Positions 27,522-37,612 of a DNA stretch of 64,000 nucleotides are shown here, piece after piece; the first letter of the stretch is position 1; each line of letters starts with the position of its first letter. The translations under genes were made by a program, and so were the position numbers. Under the pieces are notes generated by a model, which made no database searches, had not been told where the DNA came from, and saw only the letters and a program-made list of their open reading frames with translations. The stretch comes from Candidatus Liptonbacteria bacterium (GTDB taxonomy: Bacteria; Patescibacteriota; Minisyncoccia; UBA6257; JACOXY01): the NCBI GenBank assembly GCA_016182095.1, contig JACOXY010000012.1, forward strand, positions 25,864 through 89,863, in the 5' to 3' direction.

Positions 27522-28775
27522 CTACATGGCACCTACAGTCGCGAGCGCCTTTTCTAACTGCGGATCTTTTCCCGCTTCTATATCTTTATCGGTTATTTTA
27601 ATCTCAATGTCCGGCGCAAGACCATTCCCCTCAATTACAACGCCGCTCGGCAACACCCAGCTTGCCACCGTGATTTTTATATTTGAGCCGTCGGTTAATT
27701 CTCTTAACGTCTGCACGGTGCCCTTGCCAAACGATTTCTCGCCAATAAGTTTTAACCCGAGTTGATCGCGCAGGGCGCCCGCCAAAATCTCCGAAGCCGA
27801 AGCCGAACCGCCATTTATTAAGACCACGGTGGGCCATTTTTTAATAACGGCGTTCCCTGGAGATTTAAAATCTTCGCCATTCTCGCCATCCCTAAACTTC
27901 TCACTAACCACAAGCGTTCCTTTATCTAACCACCAGCCGGCGATATTAACGGCCACCTCCAAGTAGCCGCCGGGGTTATTTCTCAAGTCAAGGATGATGC
28001 CGCTCGCCCCCTTTTCTTCCGCCTCAACCAGAGCTCCGTAGAATAACTCTGGCGCTTTTTCATTAAAATTATAGAGAGAGATGTGAGCAATACCGCCACT
28101 TTCTTGAGACGCACCCGTAAGACCAAGCATCTCTAATTCAATAGTTGGAATCACTATGTCGCCCCTCACAATTTTAAACTCCTTCGCCTCTCGTAAGCCT
28201 TCGCGAGCTATTAAAAGCTTAACCTCCGTACCCTTCGGCCCCCTTATTAAATTAACAGCTTCATCAACATCCAAGACGTCGGTAAAAGTATCGCCAATTT
28301 TCATAATGTAATCGTTTGGCTGAAGACCGGCCTTCTCCGCAGGAGTATTTTTAAGCGGAGCTATGACCACCAGCTCGCCATTTCTTTTGCCTATTTCCAT
28401 GCCGACACCGCCAAAACTGCCACTGATGTCTTCGCTAAATTTTTTGGCTTCCTGCGGCGGCAAATAAACAGAATGCGGATCCTTTAATGAGTTTACAAGC
28501 CCGCGTATCGCGCCATATAGAAGATCTTGGTCGGTAAGTTTCTCGCCGTGAAGGGCGTCTTTCTTCACAATCTGCCACGCCTGCCAAAAAGTGTTAAAGT
28601 CGCCCGATGTGGAAGTCGCGTTAACATTTTTAAGGTCAAGGACAACTTCCCTTGGCTCCCTTGCTCCATATCTGAATCCGTAATAAAATCCCCCGCCCGC
28701 TACCGCGGTTATTATAACCATACCCAAAATTACACCACCAATTACTCGCCAATTGATATTTAAACTTAACTTCAT
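27522..28775 (-). CDS. ctpA: S41 C-terminal processing peptidase
   Basis: DPHS, PDZ domain, DLRNNPGG, SASASEI, SFGKGTVQ. Confidence 0.93.
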   Translation of the reverse strand: MKLSLNINWRVIGGVILGMVIITAVAGGGFYYGFRYGAREPREVVLDLKNVNATSTSGDFNTFWQAWQIVKKDALHGEKLTDQDLLYGAIRGLVNSLKDPHSVYLPPQEAKKFSEDISGSFGGVGMEIGKRNGELVVIAPLKNTPAEKAGLQPNDYIMKIGDTFTDVLDVDEAVNLIRGPKGTEVKLLIAREGLREAKEFKIVRGDIVIPTIELEMLGLTGASQESGGIAHISLYNFNEKAPELFYGALVEAEEKGASGIILDLRNNPGGYLEVAVNIAGWWLDKGTLVVSEKFRDGENGEDFKSPGNAVIKKWPTVVLINGGSASASEILAGALRDQLGLKLIGEKSFGKGTVQTLRELTDGSNIKITVASWVLPSGVVIEGNGLAPDIEIKITDKDIEAGKDPQLEKALATVGAM

Positions 28776-28852
28776 ATCAAATATTAAATATTAAAAATAA
28801 AATACACATATCAAAAATTAAAATAGAAAATGGTCGCGGAGCGACACCATAT

Positions 28853-28907
28853 TTTTTATTTTTGCCTATAGCCTGTCGGCTCGGCCGTTTAAGGATATTT
28901 GATTTTT
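28853..28907 (+). repeat. dispersed repeat family D
   Basis: tttttatttttgcctatagcctgtcggctcggccgtttaaggatattt; reverse-complement match to 48997-49051. Confidence 0.75.
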
Positions 28908-28951
28908 TATTTAATTCTAACAAAATTTACCGCAAAAATACAGATACAATT

Positions 28952-30331
28952 TTATTGTGTCGTCTCTAAAGCGCCACGTGTATAGATGTTGGAGGGCGCC
29001 CAGATCATCCAGCCATCATAGAGAAGAGTATTTTTTACCATTTCATCGACAGCTTTGATCTGGGCTTTGACTTCTTCAATATCATAGTTAGCTCCTAAAT
29101 CAAAGTCCTGCAGCCAAGGCCTTAATTTTGTATTGGCATATGAAACCTTTGTCTCGCACTGAAGCGTTGTGGAAACTGTGGCGCTACTTGTGATTTCCGC
29201 GCAAACTTTTTCCTTGGTGGTAAGTTTATCCACTGCCTTTTCCATTGAATATCTGACAACTTCATAGGGATGCGCCCCTGGATTTTCATATCCAATAAAC
29301 CCTTTGGCATAATGGGACGGATACACCATAGGCGCGATGGCGTCAAAATAGGGAGCTGCGCTTTCTAAATTTTGCCCAATGCCAAGATCGTCGTTATTCA
29401 CTGTTACAAGGCCGAATAAATCGGCAGAAATTTTTATGCCCGCGGTGCGCTCTCTTAAATATGCAAAAAATCTCGTAATCTGCGTCTGTTTAAGAACAGT
29501 TTGGCTATCGTAGTAGTTAAACTTCATGGCATTTATTATTCCATCGGAAGGAAATCTGATGTAATCAAAATTCACTTCATCAAAACCACGCTCCGCGGCG
29601 TCTTTGGCAATCTCAATATTATAATCCCACGCCTCCTTGGCCCCGGGATCAATCCAGCTTAGGCCCTTATTATCAAGCCATAAAACCCGTTTGGTAGTTG
29701 TGGCCGTTATAACCGATGTAGACGTTCCGTTTGTTTCTACAACAGCCGGAGCGGTCATGACATCTCTTTGGATCGCGAGATCCGGACGCGCTGTTGCAAG
29801 CACCGGGTCTTGGAAAACTGTTTGTCTTGCTATAACATAAATTCCCTCATCATGAAGGCGCTTGATGACGGAATTTATGGCCGGGATTCTAACTTCCTTC
29901 GCGCCATATTTTATTACATCCGGATTTTGAATATCGTAAAGAACAGCCCCTGAAAAATCCTTGATATCTATTACTATGGCGTTTAGTTCGGTTTCCTTTA
30001 TGAGCTTGATAAAATACTCCAGTTTTTTTGAAGAGCCGGCCGACCAACTGGTAGAGTAAATCGCTTTGATAACTTCCGGCGGATTTGGCAATGGCTTTTG
30101 CCGCTCAATGTCTTTATAGGCCGAGGTTCGTCCGGTTGCGCCTGCATTAGTTGTTCCAGCCGCAACAAAATCAGCCGTAGAACTCGCAAGCTGATTTTGT
30201 GTACTGAAAGCGTTTCCGGCGACAATTCCCATGGGACTCGCACGCAAATCAATCTCCTCGCCGGGAGTCAAATATAAGAACGAAACAATCCCAAAAATAG
30301 TGAGGACAGCGGCCAAGATTACCAATTTCAT
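28952..30331 (-). CDS. putative glycoside hydrolase (DUF4015-like)
   Basis: NAIVIDIKD, FDEVNFDYIRFP, PMVYPSHY, RPWLQDF. Confidence 0.85.
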   Translation of the reverse strand: MKLVILAAVLTIFGIVSFLYLTPGEEIDLRASPMGIVAGNAFSTQNQLASSTADFVAAGTTNAGATGRTSAYKDIERQKPLPNPPEVIKAIYSTSWSAGSSKKLEYFIKLIKETELNAIVIDIKDFSGAVLYDIQNPDVIKYGAKEVRIPAINSVIKRLHDEGIYVIARQTVFQDPVLATARPDLAIQRDVMTAPAVVETNGTSTSVITATTTKRVLWLDNKGLSWIDPGAKEAWDYNIEIAKDAAERGFDEVNFDYIRFPSDGIINAMKFNYYDSQTVLKQTQITRFFAYLRERTAGIKISADLFGLVTVNNDDLGIGQNLESAAPYFDAIAPMVYPSHYAKGFIGYENPGAHPYEVVRYSMEKAVDKLTTKEKVCAEITSSATVSTTLQCETKVSYANTKLRPWLQDFDLGANYDIEEVKAQIKAVDEMVKNTLLYDGWMIWAPSNIYTRGALETTQ

Positions 30332-30489
30332 TATTATAATTATTACCCACTAATTGATTAAAGGAAAGAGATTGGTTAACATTAGTTTATAAGTTACGCT
30401 ATCACTTTAGTTTATAGGTTGATAAGTTTCTAACTTACAAACTTAAAGCTTTTTGCGTGGCAAAAGCGTAACTTACAAACTTAGAAACT

Positions 30490-31602
30490 ATGACCTTAGC
30501 TCTCTACCGCAAATATCGCCCTAAAATTTTAGCCGACCTCCTTGGCCAGGAGATGACCGTCCAAATTCTGCGGAACGCGGCGCGAGAAAACAGTCTGGCG
30601 CATGCTTATCTTTTTTACGGTCCACGCGGCACGGGTAAAACAACCGCCGCCCGTCTGGTTTCTAAGATAGTAAATTGCGAAACCAGAATCTTAAATAAAG
30701 AATTCCAAAAGGGCGGTGAACCGTGCAACCAGTGCCGAGTCTGCTCGGAAATAGACAGTGGCAACGGCCTGGATGTGATAGAAATTGATGCCGCCTCAAA
30801 CCGCGGCATAGACGAGATTAGAAACCTGAAGGAAGTCGCGCGCACCGCTCCCATCTCTTATCCGCGCAAAGTTTTTATAGTGGACGAGGCGCATATGCTA
30901 ACCGGTCCCGCCTTTAATGCGCTCTTAAAAACCTTGGAAGAGCCGCCGCCGCATGTAATGTTTATTTTGGCAACAACGGAATATGAAAAACTGCCGGCCA
31001 CCATTACTTCGCGCGCGCAGCGCTTTGCCTTCAAAAAACTTGATAAAGAGACGATCATGAAGAAGATCGCGGCAATCTGCAAAGCCGAGGGATTAAAATA
31101 TGAGGCGGATGCGCTGGAGTTAATCGCCGTTGCCGCCGATGGCGGCCTGCGCGATGCCGAGTCTTTATTGGATCAAGTACACTCATCCGCCCCGACAATC
31201 ACCATAAAAACGGTTGAGGAGGTCATTGGCAGAATCGGTTTCAAAAAATTGCATGAATTCGCTGAACTTCTGGTAACCAAAAATCTGCCGCTGGCAATAA
31301 AATATTTAGGTGAGCTAAACGAATCCGGAATTAATATCGTGCAGTTTGCAAAAGATCTGATTCACTATCTGCGGCGCATACTTTCCCTTAAAATGAATCC
31401 CGAACTGGAAGAGATGTTTAATAAAGAGCTGACCCGAGAAGATATCACGGACCTTAGAGAATTGGGGGCAATGGCGGAAGCGGAATTTTTTATAAAGCTT
31501 ATTAAAGCGCTAATTAGTGCCTATTCCGATATGCGCTATTCACCATTTGCGATTGTGCCATTGGAGGTTACCATTATAGAATGTCTGCAATCGCGATCAT
31601 AA
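30490..31602 (+). CDS. dnaX: DNA polymerase III subunit gamma/tau (short form)
   Basis: LYRKYRP, GPRGTGKTT, EIDAASNRG, DEAHML, NALLKTLEEPP. Confidence 0.95.
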   Translation: MTLALYRKYRPKILADLLGQEMTVQILRNAARENSLAHAYLFYGPRGTGKTTAARLVSKIVNCETRILNKEFQKGGEPCNQCRVCSEIDSGNGLDVIEIDAASNRGIDEIRNLKEVARTAPISYPRKVFIVDEAHMLTGPAFNALLKTLEEPPPHVMFILATTEYEKLPATITSRAQRFAFKKLDKETIMKKIAAICKAEGLKYEADALELIAVAADGGLRDAESLLDQVHSSAPTITIKTVEEVIGRIGFKKLHEFAELLVTKNLPLAIKYLGELNESGINIVQFAKDLIHYLRRILSLKMNPELEEMFNKELTREDITDLRELGAMAEAEFFIKLIKALISAYSDMRYSPFAIVPLEVTIIECLQSRS

Positions 31603-31610
31603 AATAAAGT

Positions 31611-31874
31611 ATGTCCACACTTTCAATAATTTTTGGTTGGGTCGGCGTAGTGGCTATTTTGGGCGCTTATTACCTTGTTTCAACCGATAAAATTTCCAGC
31701 CAGTCCACCAGGTACCAAGCTATTAATTTTTTTGGCGCCATAGGAATAGCATGGAATAGCTTTAATCAGGGGGCGTGGCCCTCTGTGGCTGTTAACATTA
31801 TTTGGTCAGTTATAGCTATTGTAGCTTTGTATACAATAATAAAAGGCAACAAATCATCTCCTTCGCAAAAATAA
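31611..31874 (+). CDS. small 3-TM membrane protein (CBU_0592-like)
   Basis: GW.G...IL.AY...YQ..N..GA pattern. Confidence 0.7.
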   Translation: MSTLSIIFGWVGVVAILGAYYLVSTDKISSQSTRYQAINFFGAIGIAWNSFNQGAWPSVAVNIIWSVIAIVALYTIIKGNKSSPSQK

Positions 31875-31878
31875 ATTT

Positions 31879-32595
31879 ATGAGCATAAATAATCGCACTT
31901 CTACTACCCGGCAGGCGGTGATACTCGCGGCTGGCAAGGGCACAAGAATGCTTCCCTTTACGCAAAGTGTTCCTAAGCCGCTTATGGAACTGAAGGGCAG
32001 GCCGCTTCTGGAATACACCATGCTCGCGTTGCCGAGAGAAGTAAGCGAAATAATTTTGGTTGTGGGATACATGGGAGACCAGATTAAGAATCGCTTCGGC
32101 CGTCGTTTTCAAAATTACAATATTTTTTACGCCGAACAGAAAGAGCCGAAGGGAACTTTTAACGCTCTCGTGGCCGCATCATCAATGCTTCGCGACAACT
32201 TCTTGCTTTTGATGGCCGACGATATCTATTATCGTGACGATATAGAGAATATGGCAAGATACGAAAACGCGATTCTCGTCAAAAAATTAACCGGCAACTC
32301 CGAAAAGTTCGGGCACTGTATAGAAAAAAGCGGCCTTTTACGCGATTTGCTTGAGAAACCAAAAGGCATCCCCAATCCACTGGCCTGTTGCGGCGCCTAT
32401 AAGTTATCAAGAGAAATTTTAAATGAACCGATAATTTACGGCCCAAACGGCGAAGAAGTGCTCTCTCCAATGATTGGTACTTTCGCTAAAAAAATGCCCA
32501 TACATGTAGTAGAGGCAAAATTCTGGCATCCAATCGCGACCCCCGAAGACCTAAAAACCGCAGAACAACATTCTAACATTCGCAATAATGTTTGA
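31879..32595 (+). CDS. sugar-phosphate nucleotidyltransferase family protein
   Basis: ILAAGKGTRM.P.T...PKPL. Confidence 0.88.
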   Translation: MSINNRTSTTRQAVILAAGKGTRMLPFTQSVPKPLMELKGRPLLEYTMLALPREVSEIILVVGYMGDQIKNRFGRRFQNYNIFYAEQKEPKGTFNALVAASSMLRDNFLLLMADDIYYRDDIENMARYENAILVKKLTGNSEKFGHCIEKSGLLRDLLEKPKGIPNPLACCGAYKLSREILNEPIIYGPNGEEVLSPMIGTFAKKMPIHVVEAKFWHPIATPEDLKTAEQHSNIRNNV

Positions 32596-32600
32596 ATGTT
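32567..32600. repeat. 34-bp palindrome family A, solo copy overlapping a stop codon
   Basis: aacattctaacattc-gcaa-taatgtttgaatgtt. Confidence 0.78.
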
Positions 32601-32710
32601 GTAGTTAAGAATTCTAACTTTGGGCTTGTGCTCACACCGACTCATTCCGTCCAAATGAGACGGTTAAACTTGGAATTTGGCTTTTTTGTGGTTATAATGA
32701 GGTGAATTAT

Positions 32711-32781
32711 TCCGGGATCGTCTAGCGGCAGGACGTCAGGTTTTGGACCTGAAGACCGGGGTTCGAATCCCTGTCCCGGAA
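32711..32781 (+). tRNA. tRNA-Gln(TTG), CCA not encoded
   Basis: TCCGGGA/TCCCGGA acceptor, TCAGG-TTTTGGA-CCTGA anticodon arm, GGTTCGAATCC. Confidence 0.93.
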
Positions 32782-32835
32782 CTGGTCTAAAATAACTACT
32801 GTGTTTAAAGAAAAATTGTCGCAATAAAAAATGAT

Positions 32836-33288
32836 ATGAGAATAATAGTTATTGCGGTGATTTTTATGATTACTCCGGCTTCTTTAACATTCGCGCAAAC
32901 GGATGATGGTATTGCTACGCCCACATTATCCGGCACGGCAAGAAATGACGCCTCATCTTTTGCGACGAGTTCCGATAACACCATAGAAAATGGCGGCACG
33001 GCTACAACTCCACGCGCGACAACATCTGAAGCGCCCATCAAGCCAATTGAAACAATTGAAAAACCAACCTCTTCGTCGCCGCCTACGCCCCCGGTTATTG
33101 TAAATCAGACGCCCACAGAAATCATTAGCCTGGCACAAAATACTAATCCAGTTGAAAGCGAAAGTATAAATCCCTTGCTTTGGGCGATGCTCGCGTCCCT
33201 CACCATACTCCCCTTCGGATATCTGGTAACACAATCATTAAAAAATAAAAAACTAAAAAAGACAAAAAAGGTGAGCGGGGGTGCTTGA
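32836..33288 (+). CDS. membrane-anchored Thr/Pro-rich protein (possibly N-terminal part of a frameshifted fusion)
   Basis: Signal peptide, low-complexity stalk, TM helix, Lys-rich tail. Confidence 0.65.
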   Translation: MRIIVIAVIFMITPASLTFAQTDDGIATPTLSGTARNDASSFATSSDNTIENGGTATTPRATTSEAPIKPIETIEKPTSSSPPTPPVIVNQTPTEIISLAQNTNPVESESINPLLWAMLASLTILPFGYLVTQSLKNKKLKKTKKVSGGA

Positions 33289-34070
33289 ATATCAAAAAAT
33301 TAATGGATGAAAAACTAAATGAATTAACTGACTTAAAAGGAAAACTTCAAGAAATGGTGAAGGGAATGGTCAGAGAAAAAATAAGAGAATCGGCGCGAGA
33401 AACATCCGCAGGAAAAATTCTTGCCTTGATTGAAACCGCGGAAAAAGAATATGGGCGGCTAAAAAAACTCTTTGAAAAGTGCGTGCTGGAGCCAAAGACA
33501 AGCAAACAAGTAATAATAGTTCATGGATGCACCGGAGCCGACGAAAAATCAATGAACCCGCGAACAAGAACCTACAACAGGCATTGGATGCCATGGCTCA
33601 AGAAGGAACTCACGACAAAAGGCATAGATGCGGAAACTCCCCTAATGCCAAATCCCTGGGCGCCGGTTTATGAAAAATATAAAGAAGAACTTGAGAAGTA
33701 TGCGGTTGGAGAAAACACTATTTTAGTCGGGCATAGTTGCGGCTGCGCCTTTTTAGTTCGCTGGCTCGGAGAATCAAAAACAAAAATTAATAAGCTTATA
33801 TTGGTAGCTCCCTGGAAAATTCCGTACGGAAGCAATCCTGTTATAAGCAGATTTTATGAATACCCGATAGATGAGAAAATCAAGTTTAGAGTAAAGGAAG
33901 TAGTGATGTTTACGTCAGACGACGAGGAAGAAGACGGCAAAAAAAGTTTAAAAATTTTTCACGATGCGCTTGGGGGCAAGATTTTAGACCTCAAAGGACA
34001 TGGACATTATACATTTGGCGATATGGGGACCGAAGAATTTCCGGAATTACTGGAAGTGATAATGAGATAA
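33285..34070 (+). CDS. coiled-coil plus RBBP9/YdeN-like alpha/beta hydrolase
   Basis: IIVHG, HWMPWL, LVGHSCG nucleophile elbow, GHGHY. Confidence 0.8.
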   Translation: MNIKKLMDEKLNELTDLKGKLQEMVKGMVREKIRESARETSAGKILALIETAEKEYGRLKKLFEKCVLEPKTSKQVIIVHGCTGADEKSMNPRTRTYNRHWMPWLKKELTTKGIDAETPLMPNPWAPVYEKYKEELEKYAVGENTILVGHSCGCAFLVRWLGESKTKINKLILVAPWKIPYGSNPVISRFYEYPIDEKIKFRVKEVVMFTSDDEEEDGKKSLKIFHDALGGKILDLKGHGHYTFGDMGTEEFPELLEVIMR

Positions 34071-34140
34071 GACAACCGCCAAAAATTGTGTGGCTCCTAA
34101 TTACTTATCTCCGCGACCGAAAATCTAAAAAGGTGTAATT

Positions 34141-34881
34141 TTAAGGCAAAAAGTATTTCCTTCCCTCGGCAAGAGTTCGGGGATATAATTTTTTTCGCTT
34201 GTTTGTGAGCGCCGTATTGAATCCTTCGTTTTCAAACGTGATGACCTCATCCATCAACTCTTTCCAAATCTCTTCCCCTTGCTTGCCCATGTCGGAGAGC
34301 GCGTCCAACACGATTTTCCGATATACATATATTTCTTTCCCCAACGAAAGTAAAAATAGCGGCGTGAGCATTTCCACATATCCGGTTTCTGCCCACATTT
34401 GTACATCTTCTTTCCTTAAAAAGCGCATAGCGATATTGCAGAGTTGGTCCGGCTTAAGGCCTTGCTCCACAATAAGCGGCACTCTAATGAGCGAACGGTA
34501 ATAAATAGTTGCCAGTTTTTTTAAAGTTTCTCCAAAATTAGGATCATTTATGGCCGGTACCGGGGTGTCCGAATAATCAAAAATTTCGTAGACTCGTCCG
34601 TTATTTATAATCTTATCAATATCAATAACAAGATACGCGTCAATATCAGATTCTCTTGCCGCGTAGCCTTTGGTAAGCGAACCAAAAATATTCAGTGAGA
34701 TTATTTCGGGGTGTTTCTCCTGCGCGCGATAAAAAATTTCCTGCAAGGCGCGCAAACGCTCTTTTATTTCGGGATTGGAGGAGAGCAAAAACCGCTTAAT
34801 TTCAAGCGAACCCCCTTGCTCCGCGGTGATCTTTCTTTCTTCTTTTGATTTGCCGATATAATTCTCGTAATTAGATTTCAT
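34141..34881 (-). CDS. nucleotidyltransferase-domain (Pol-beta/MNT-like) protein
   Basis: IFGSLTKG....SDID. Confidence 0.72.
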   Translation of the reverse strand: MKSNYENYIGKSKEERKITAEQGGSLEIKRFLLSSNPEIKERLRALQEIFYRAQEKHPEIISLNIFGSLTKGYAARESDIDAYLVIDIDKIINNGRVYEIFDYSDTPVPAINDPNFGETLKKLATIYYRSLIRVPLIVEQGLKPDQLCNIAMRFLRKEDVQMWAETGYVEMLTPLFLLSLGKEIYVYRKIVLDALSDMGKQGEEIWKELMDEVITFENEGFNTALTNKRKKLYPRTLAEGRKYFLP

Positions 34882-34990
34882 TATTTTATCATTCTATATC
34901 ACTCTATAATTTTGATCAAAGCCAAATATGATCGCCAAGGTGCCCAGCTTAAAAGGTAATTTGTTATACTTAAATAAAATGTTGATGGGT

Positions 34991-36628
34991 ATGAAAAAGG
35001 CTTCTAGAAAAAATCGGGGTTTTACTCTTTTAGAATTGCTGCTTGCGTTTGCTGTTATAAGCGCATTATTTGTTATTATTGCGATTAGTTTGACATTTGC
35101 TAATGCAAAAGCAAGAAACGCGCGCCGGCTAAGCGACGCCAATCAAATTACAAGCGCCATTCAACTTTATCGCCATGAACATTCCGGGGATCCTCCCGGA
35201 GAAGATGGCGTAGAATATACAAACGGCGATCCAAATTGGATCCCCAATCTCGTCCCACAGTATATGAGAGTCGTGCCTTCCGACCCCATAGATAAAGATC
35301 AATATAAATATCACTATATTCGCAACGGCGTCAATTATGAAGTCTCGGCATTCATGGAGGCGCGCGGCAATGATGCTTCTTGCGGTGATGGCGGTCCTGG
35401 CGGTTGCGATTATTATGAAAATACTTCCGGAGAATTTTTAACTATTTATAATCCCGGCGCTTCGGGCTGGAATTTTACCTCCGGTTCAACAACCCCGCCG
35501 TTAGCAAGTAATACCTGCGCTACATTCACAGAATCGCAAAAATATTACTTTGATTTATGCGCAACAGAGGGTTATGACAATGTTTGCCTCGATAAAGCCA
35601 CAGGCGAGCATCAGGGGTGCACAAGAAATACCTACAACGACTGTACGCTATATAACACTAATAAAGACAATAACTTGCTTTGTGCAGTTTCCGGTATTTC
35701 AACTACCACTTCGGCCTTGAGCGTTCTTGCTCCATCAAACAACATAATCTGGGTTCGGGGCATGAAAGGACAAGTATTCTGGAACGAGAATACCACGCAT
35801 CCCGTCACGATCAATCTGTTAAAAGCTGGCTCGTTTTACCGCACGCTCGCCTCCAATGCGCCGGCAGTTAAATTTTCCGGATACAACTTCCAAAATCTTT
35901 ATCCAGATGCGTATTATGCGGCAGTTTCTCTCCCTGTTGATGTTTCTTTGGGCGGTGATTATCAGATAGAAGTTCTTGATTCATCCGATTCATCCATAAA
36001 AGGCATCAGTAACGGAATGTTTGCTGTTGTTCCGTTCTATGATCCGGTGACCGTACAGGGCAAATTTATTGACGCTTTTACTTTACAGCCGATAGCAGAC
36101 ACTCAAATTGTTAGCGGTTCATCGTCAGTTTATACAAATTCAGATGGCGCATTTTCTCTGTCCGCTACAACTAATGATATTTCAGAGAATGCATCGAAGT
36201 CATTGTTCTCAAGTTGGCCAGCATGCCATATTTCTCAAGGGGCGGGGTTCTTCAATTATTACACTGCGATTTACGCCTCGTTTAATCCATTTGATTTAAT
36301 GCGCAACGGAACCAATGTGCCAATCTACAGCTCAAGTATAGATTTGGGGGACATTAGGTTATGGCCAGCCGCCAATCTCATCATACATTCTGATATTCCC
36401 GTGCAATATAAGATAGGATTCCCTGATGAGCAGACATCGTTTGGCAACACAAGCTTCAATACTACGCAGAGCGGATCTAATGTATTGCCCTTAGATTATG
36501 ATATCCAAGTAAAACTTACGGATCAGTTAGGAAATGTTTATGCCGCACCAACAATCAGATTGCCGGATAATTGGGGCTGTAATTCAAAAACCTTGAATTT
36601 TTCCGTAGGAAATTTTGTGTGGCGGTAA
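34991..36628 (+). CDS. type IV pilin/GspG-like protein with large C-terminal extension
   Basis: RGFTLLELL prepilin motif, ARNARRLSD, P.DP; Cys-rich and beta-rich C-terminal domains. Confidence 0.85.
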   Translation: MKKASRKNRGFTLLELLLAFAVISALFVIIAISLTFANAKARNARRLSDANQITSAIQLYRHEHSGDPPGEDGVEYTNGDPNWIPNLVPQYMRVVPSDPIDKDQYKYHYIRNGVNYEVSAFMEARGNDASCGDGGPGGCDYYENTSGEFLTIYNPGASGWNFTSGSTTPPLASNTCATFTESQKYYFDLCATEGYDNVCLDKATGEHQGCTRNTYNDCTLYNTNKDNNLLCAVSGISTTTSALSVLAPSNNIIWVRGMKGQVFWNENTTHPVTINLLKAGSFYRTLASNAPAVKFSGYNFQNLYPDAYYAAVSLPVDVSLGGDYQIEVLDSSDSSIKGISNGMFAVVPFYDPVTVQGKFIDAFTLQPIADTQIVSGSSSVYTNSDGAFSLSATTNDISENASKSLFSSWPACHISQGAGFFNYYTAIYASFNPFDLMRNGTNVPIYSSSIDLGDIRLWPAANLIIHSDIPVQYKIGFPDEQTSFGNTSFNTTQSGSNVLPLDYDIQVKLTDQLGNVYAAPTIRLPDNWGCNSKTLNFSVGNFVWR

Positions 36629-36640
36629 TTTGTACACAAT

Positions 36641-37508
36641 ATGCCAAAATTTAAATATATTGTAATTGTTTTAGCCATTTTGCTCGCAACTGCTTTGATC
36701 GCGGTTGTTTTGCCAAAACTATCTTTGCGCAATCAATATGGGTCAATGAATCAAGCCGATGAAGCCGTGAGAAATTTAAAAGTAATGCTTAACCGGGGCG
36801 TCACGCAAGTTCAGTATTTGATTAACGAAACCAATTTTTTATTGGCCAATCTTGCTCGTTCAAAAATTATAGCTGGCAAAGACGCTAAGGCCTGCGGTAG
36901 TCTTTTGGCGTCATATCTAAAGCGAGACGAAAAAAAATTCACAAATTTTGTGGTTGCGGATTTATGGGGTGACATTTGGTGTTCCAGTTCTCCCATAAAT
37001 CCGCTTGAAGACCGAATCAATGTCGCGGACAGGGCATATTTTCAAAGAGTAATGAGAGAAGGGGGGGGGGGGGCGATTTTCTGCCGGCGATTCTCAAGTT
37101 GGAAGAATTAGCGGCAAAGTTATTATTGTCTTCGCCCATCCCCTCATGAATCCAGAAAATAATAAAATAGATGGTTTGGTTGCCGTAGGCCTTGATTTAA
37201 GCTGGCTTGGAAAGTGGGTTCAGAATCTTAACATGTCAAGAGATTACACGTTTACTTTGTTGGATTCGGAGGGTTTTGTTTTGGCTCGCTATCCAAACGA
37301 CGGATTCGCTGCTGAAAAAATAAACGAGTCTGAAATTTATGAAAACATCATGATGGCAAAAAGCGCGAATAAAAACGAGGCGATTTTTGAAGCCAGTGGG
37401 CTTAATGGCCAAAAGCGCCTATTTGCATTCGCCGACATTCCCAATCCCCAAGCCCCACGAACACTTTTAGATTTATATTTAGTGGTTGGCCAAGCAATAG
37501 AGGAGTAA
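36641..37508 (+). pseudogene. dCache-like extracytoplasmic sensor domain split by a G13 tract
   Basis: ADRAYFQR in ORF1; removing one G joins it to RFSAGDSQVGRISGK...GLDLSWL...LLDSEG.VLARYP. Confidence 0.75.
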
Positions 37509-37612
37509 GAAAAGTATCTAGCCTAACCAAGACCTTAATCGCTGATATCTCGCGCATATTGACAGATTGGAACACCAACTAGAAGAGAACTGCCGATAAG
37601 CGCAAGCCCCTA

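Noticed and set aside
30490-31602. Truncated or frameshifted dnaX
   Set aside because: It ends cleanly with no downstream tau-like frame; a short DnaX is plausible for a reduced genome.
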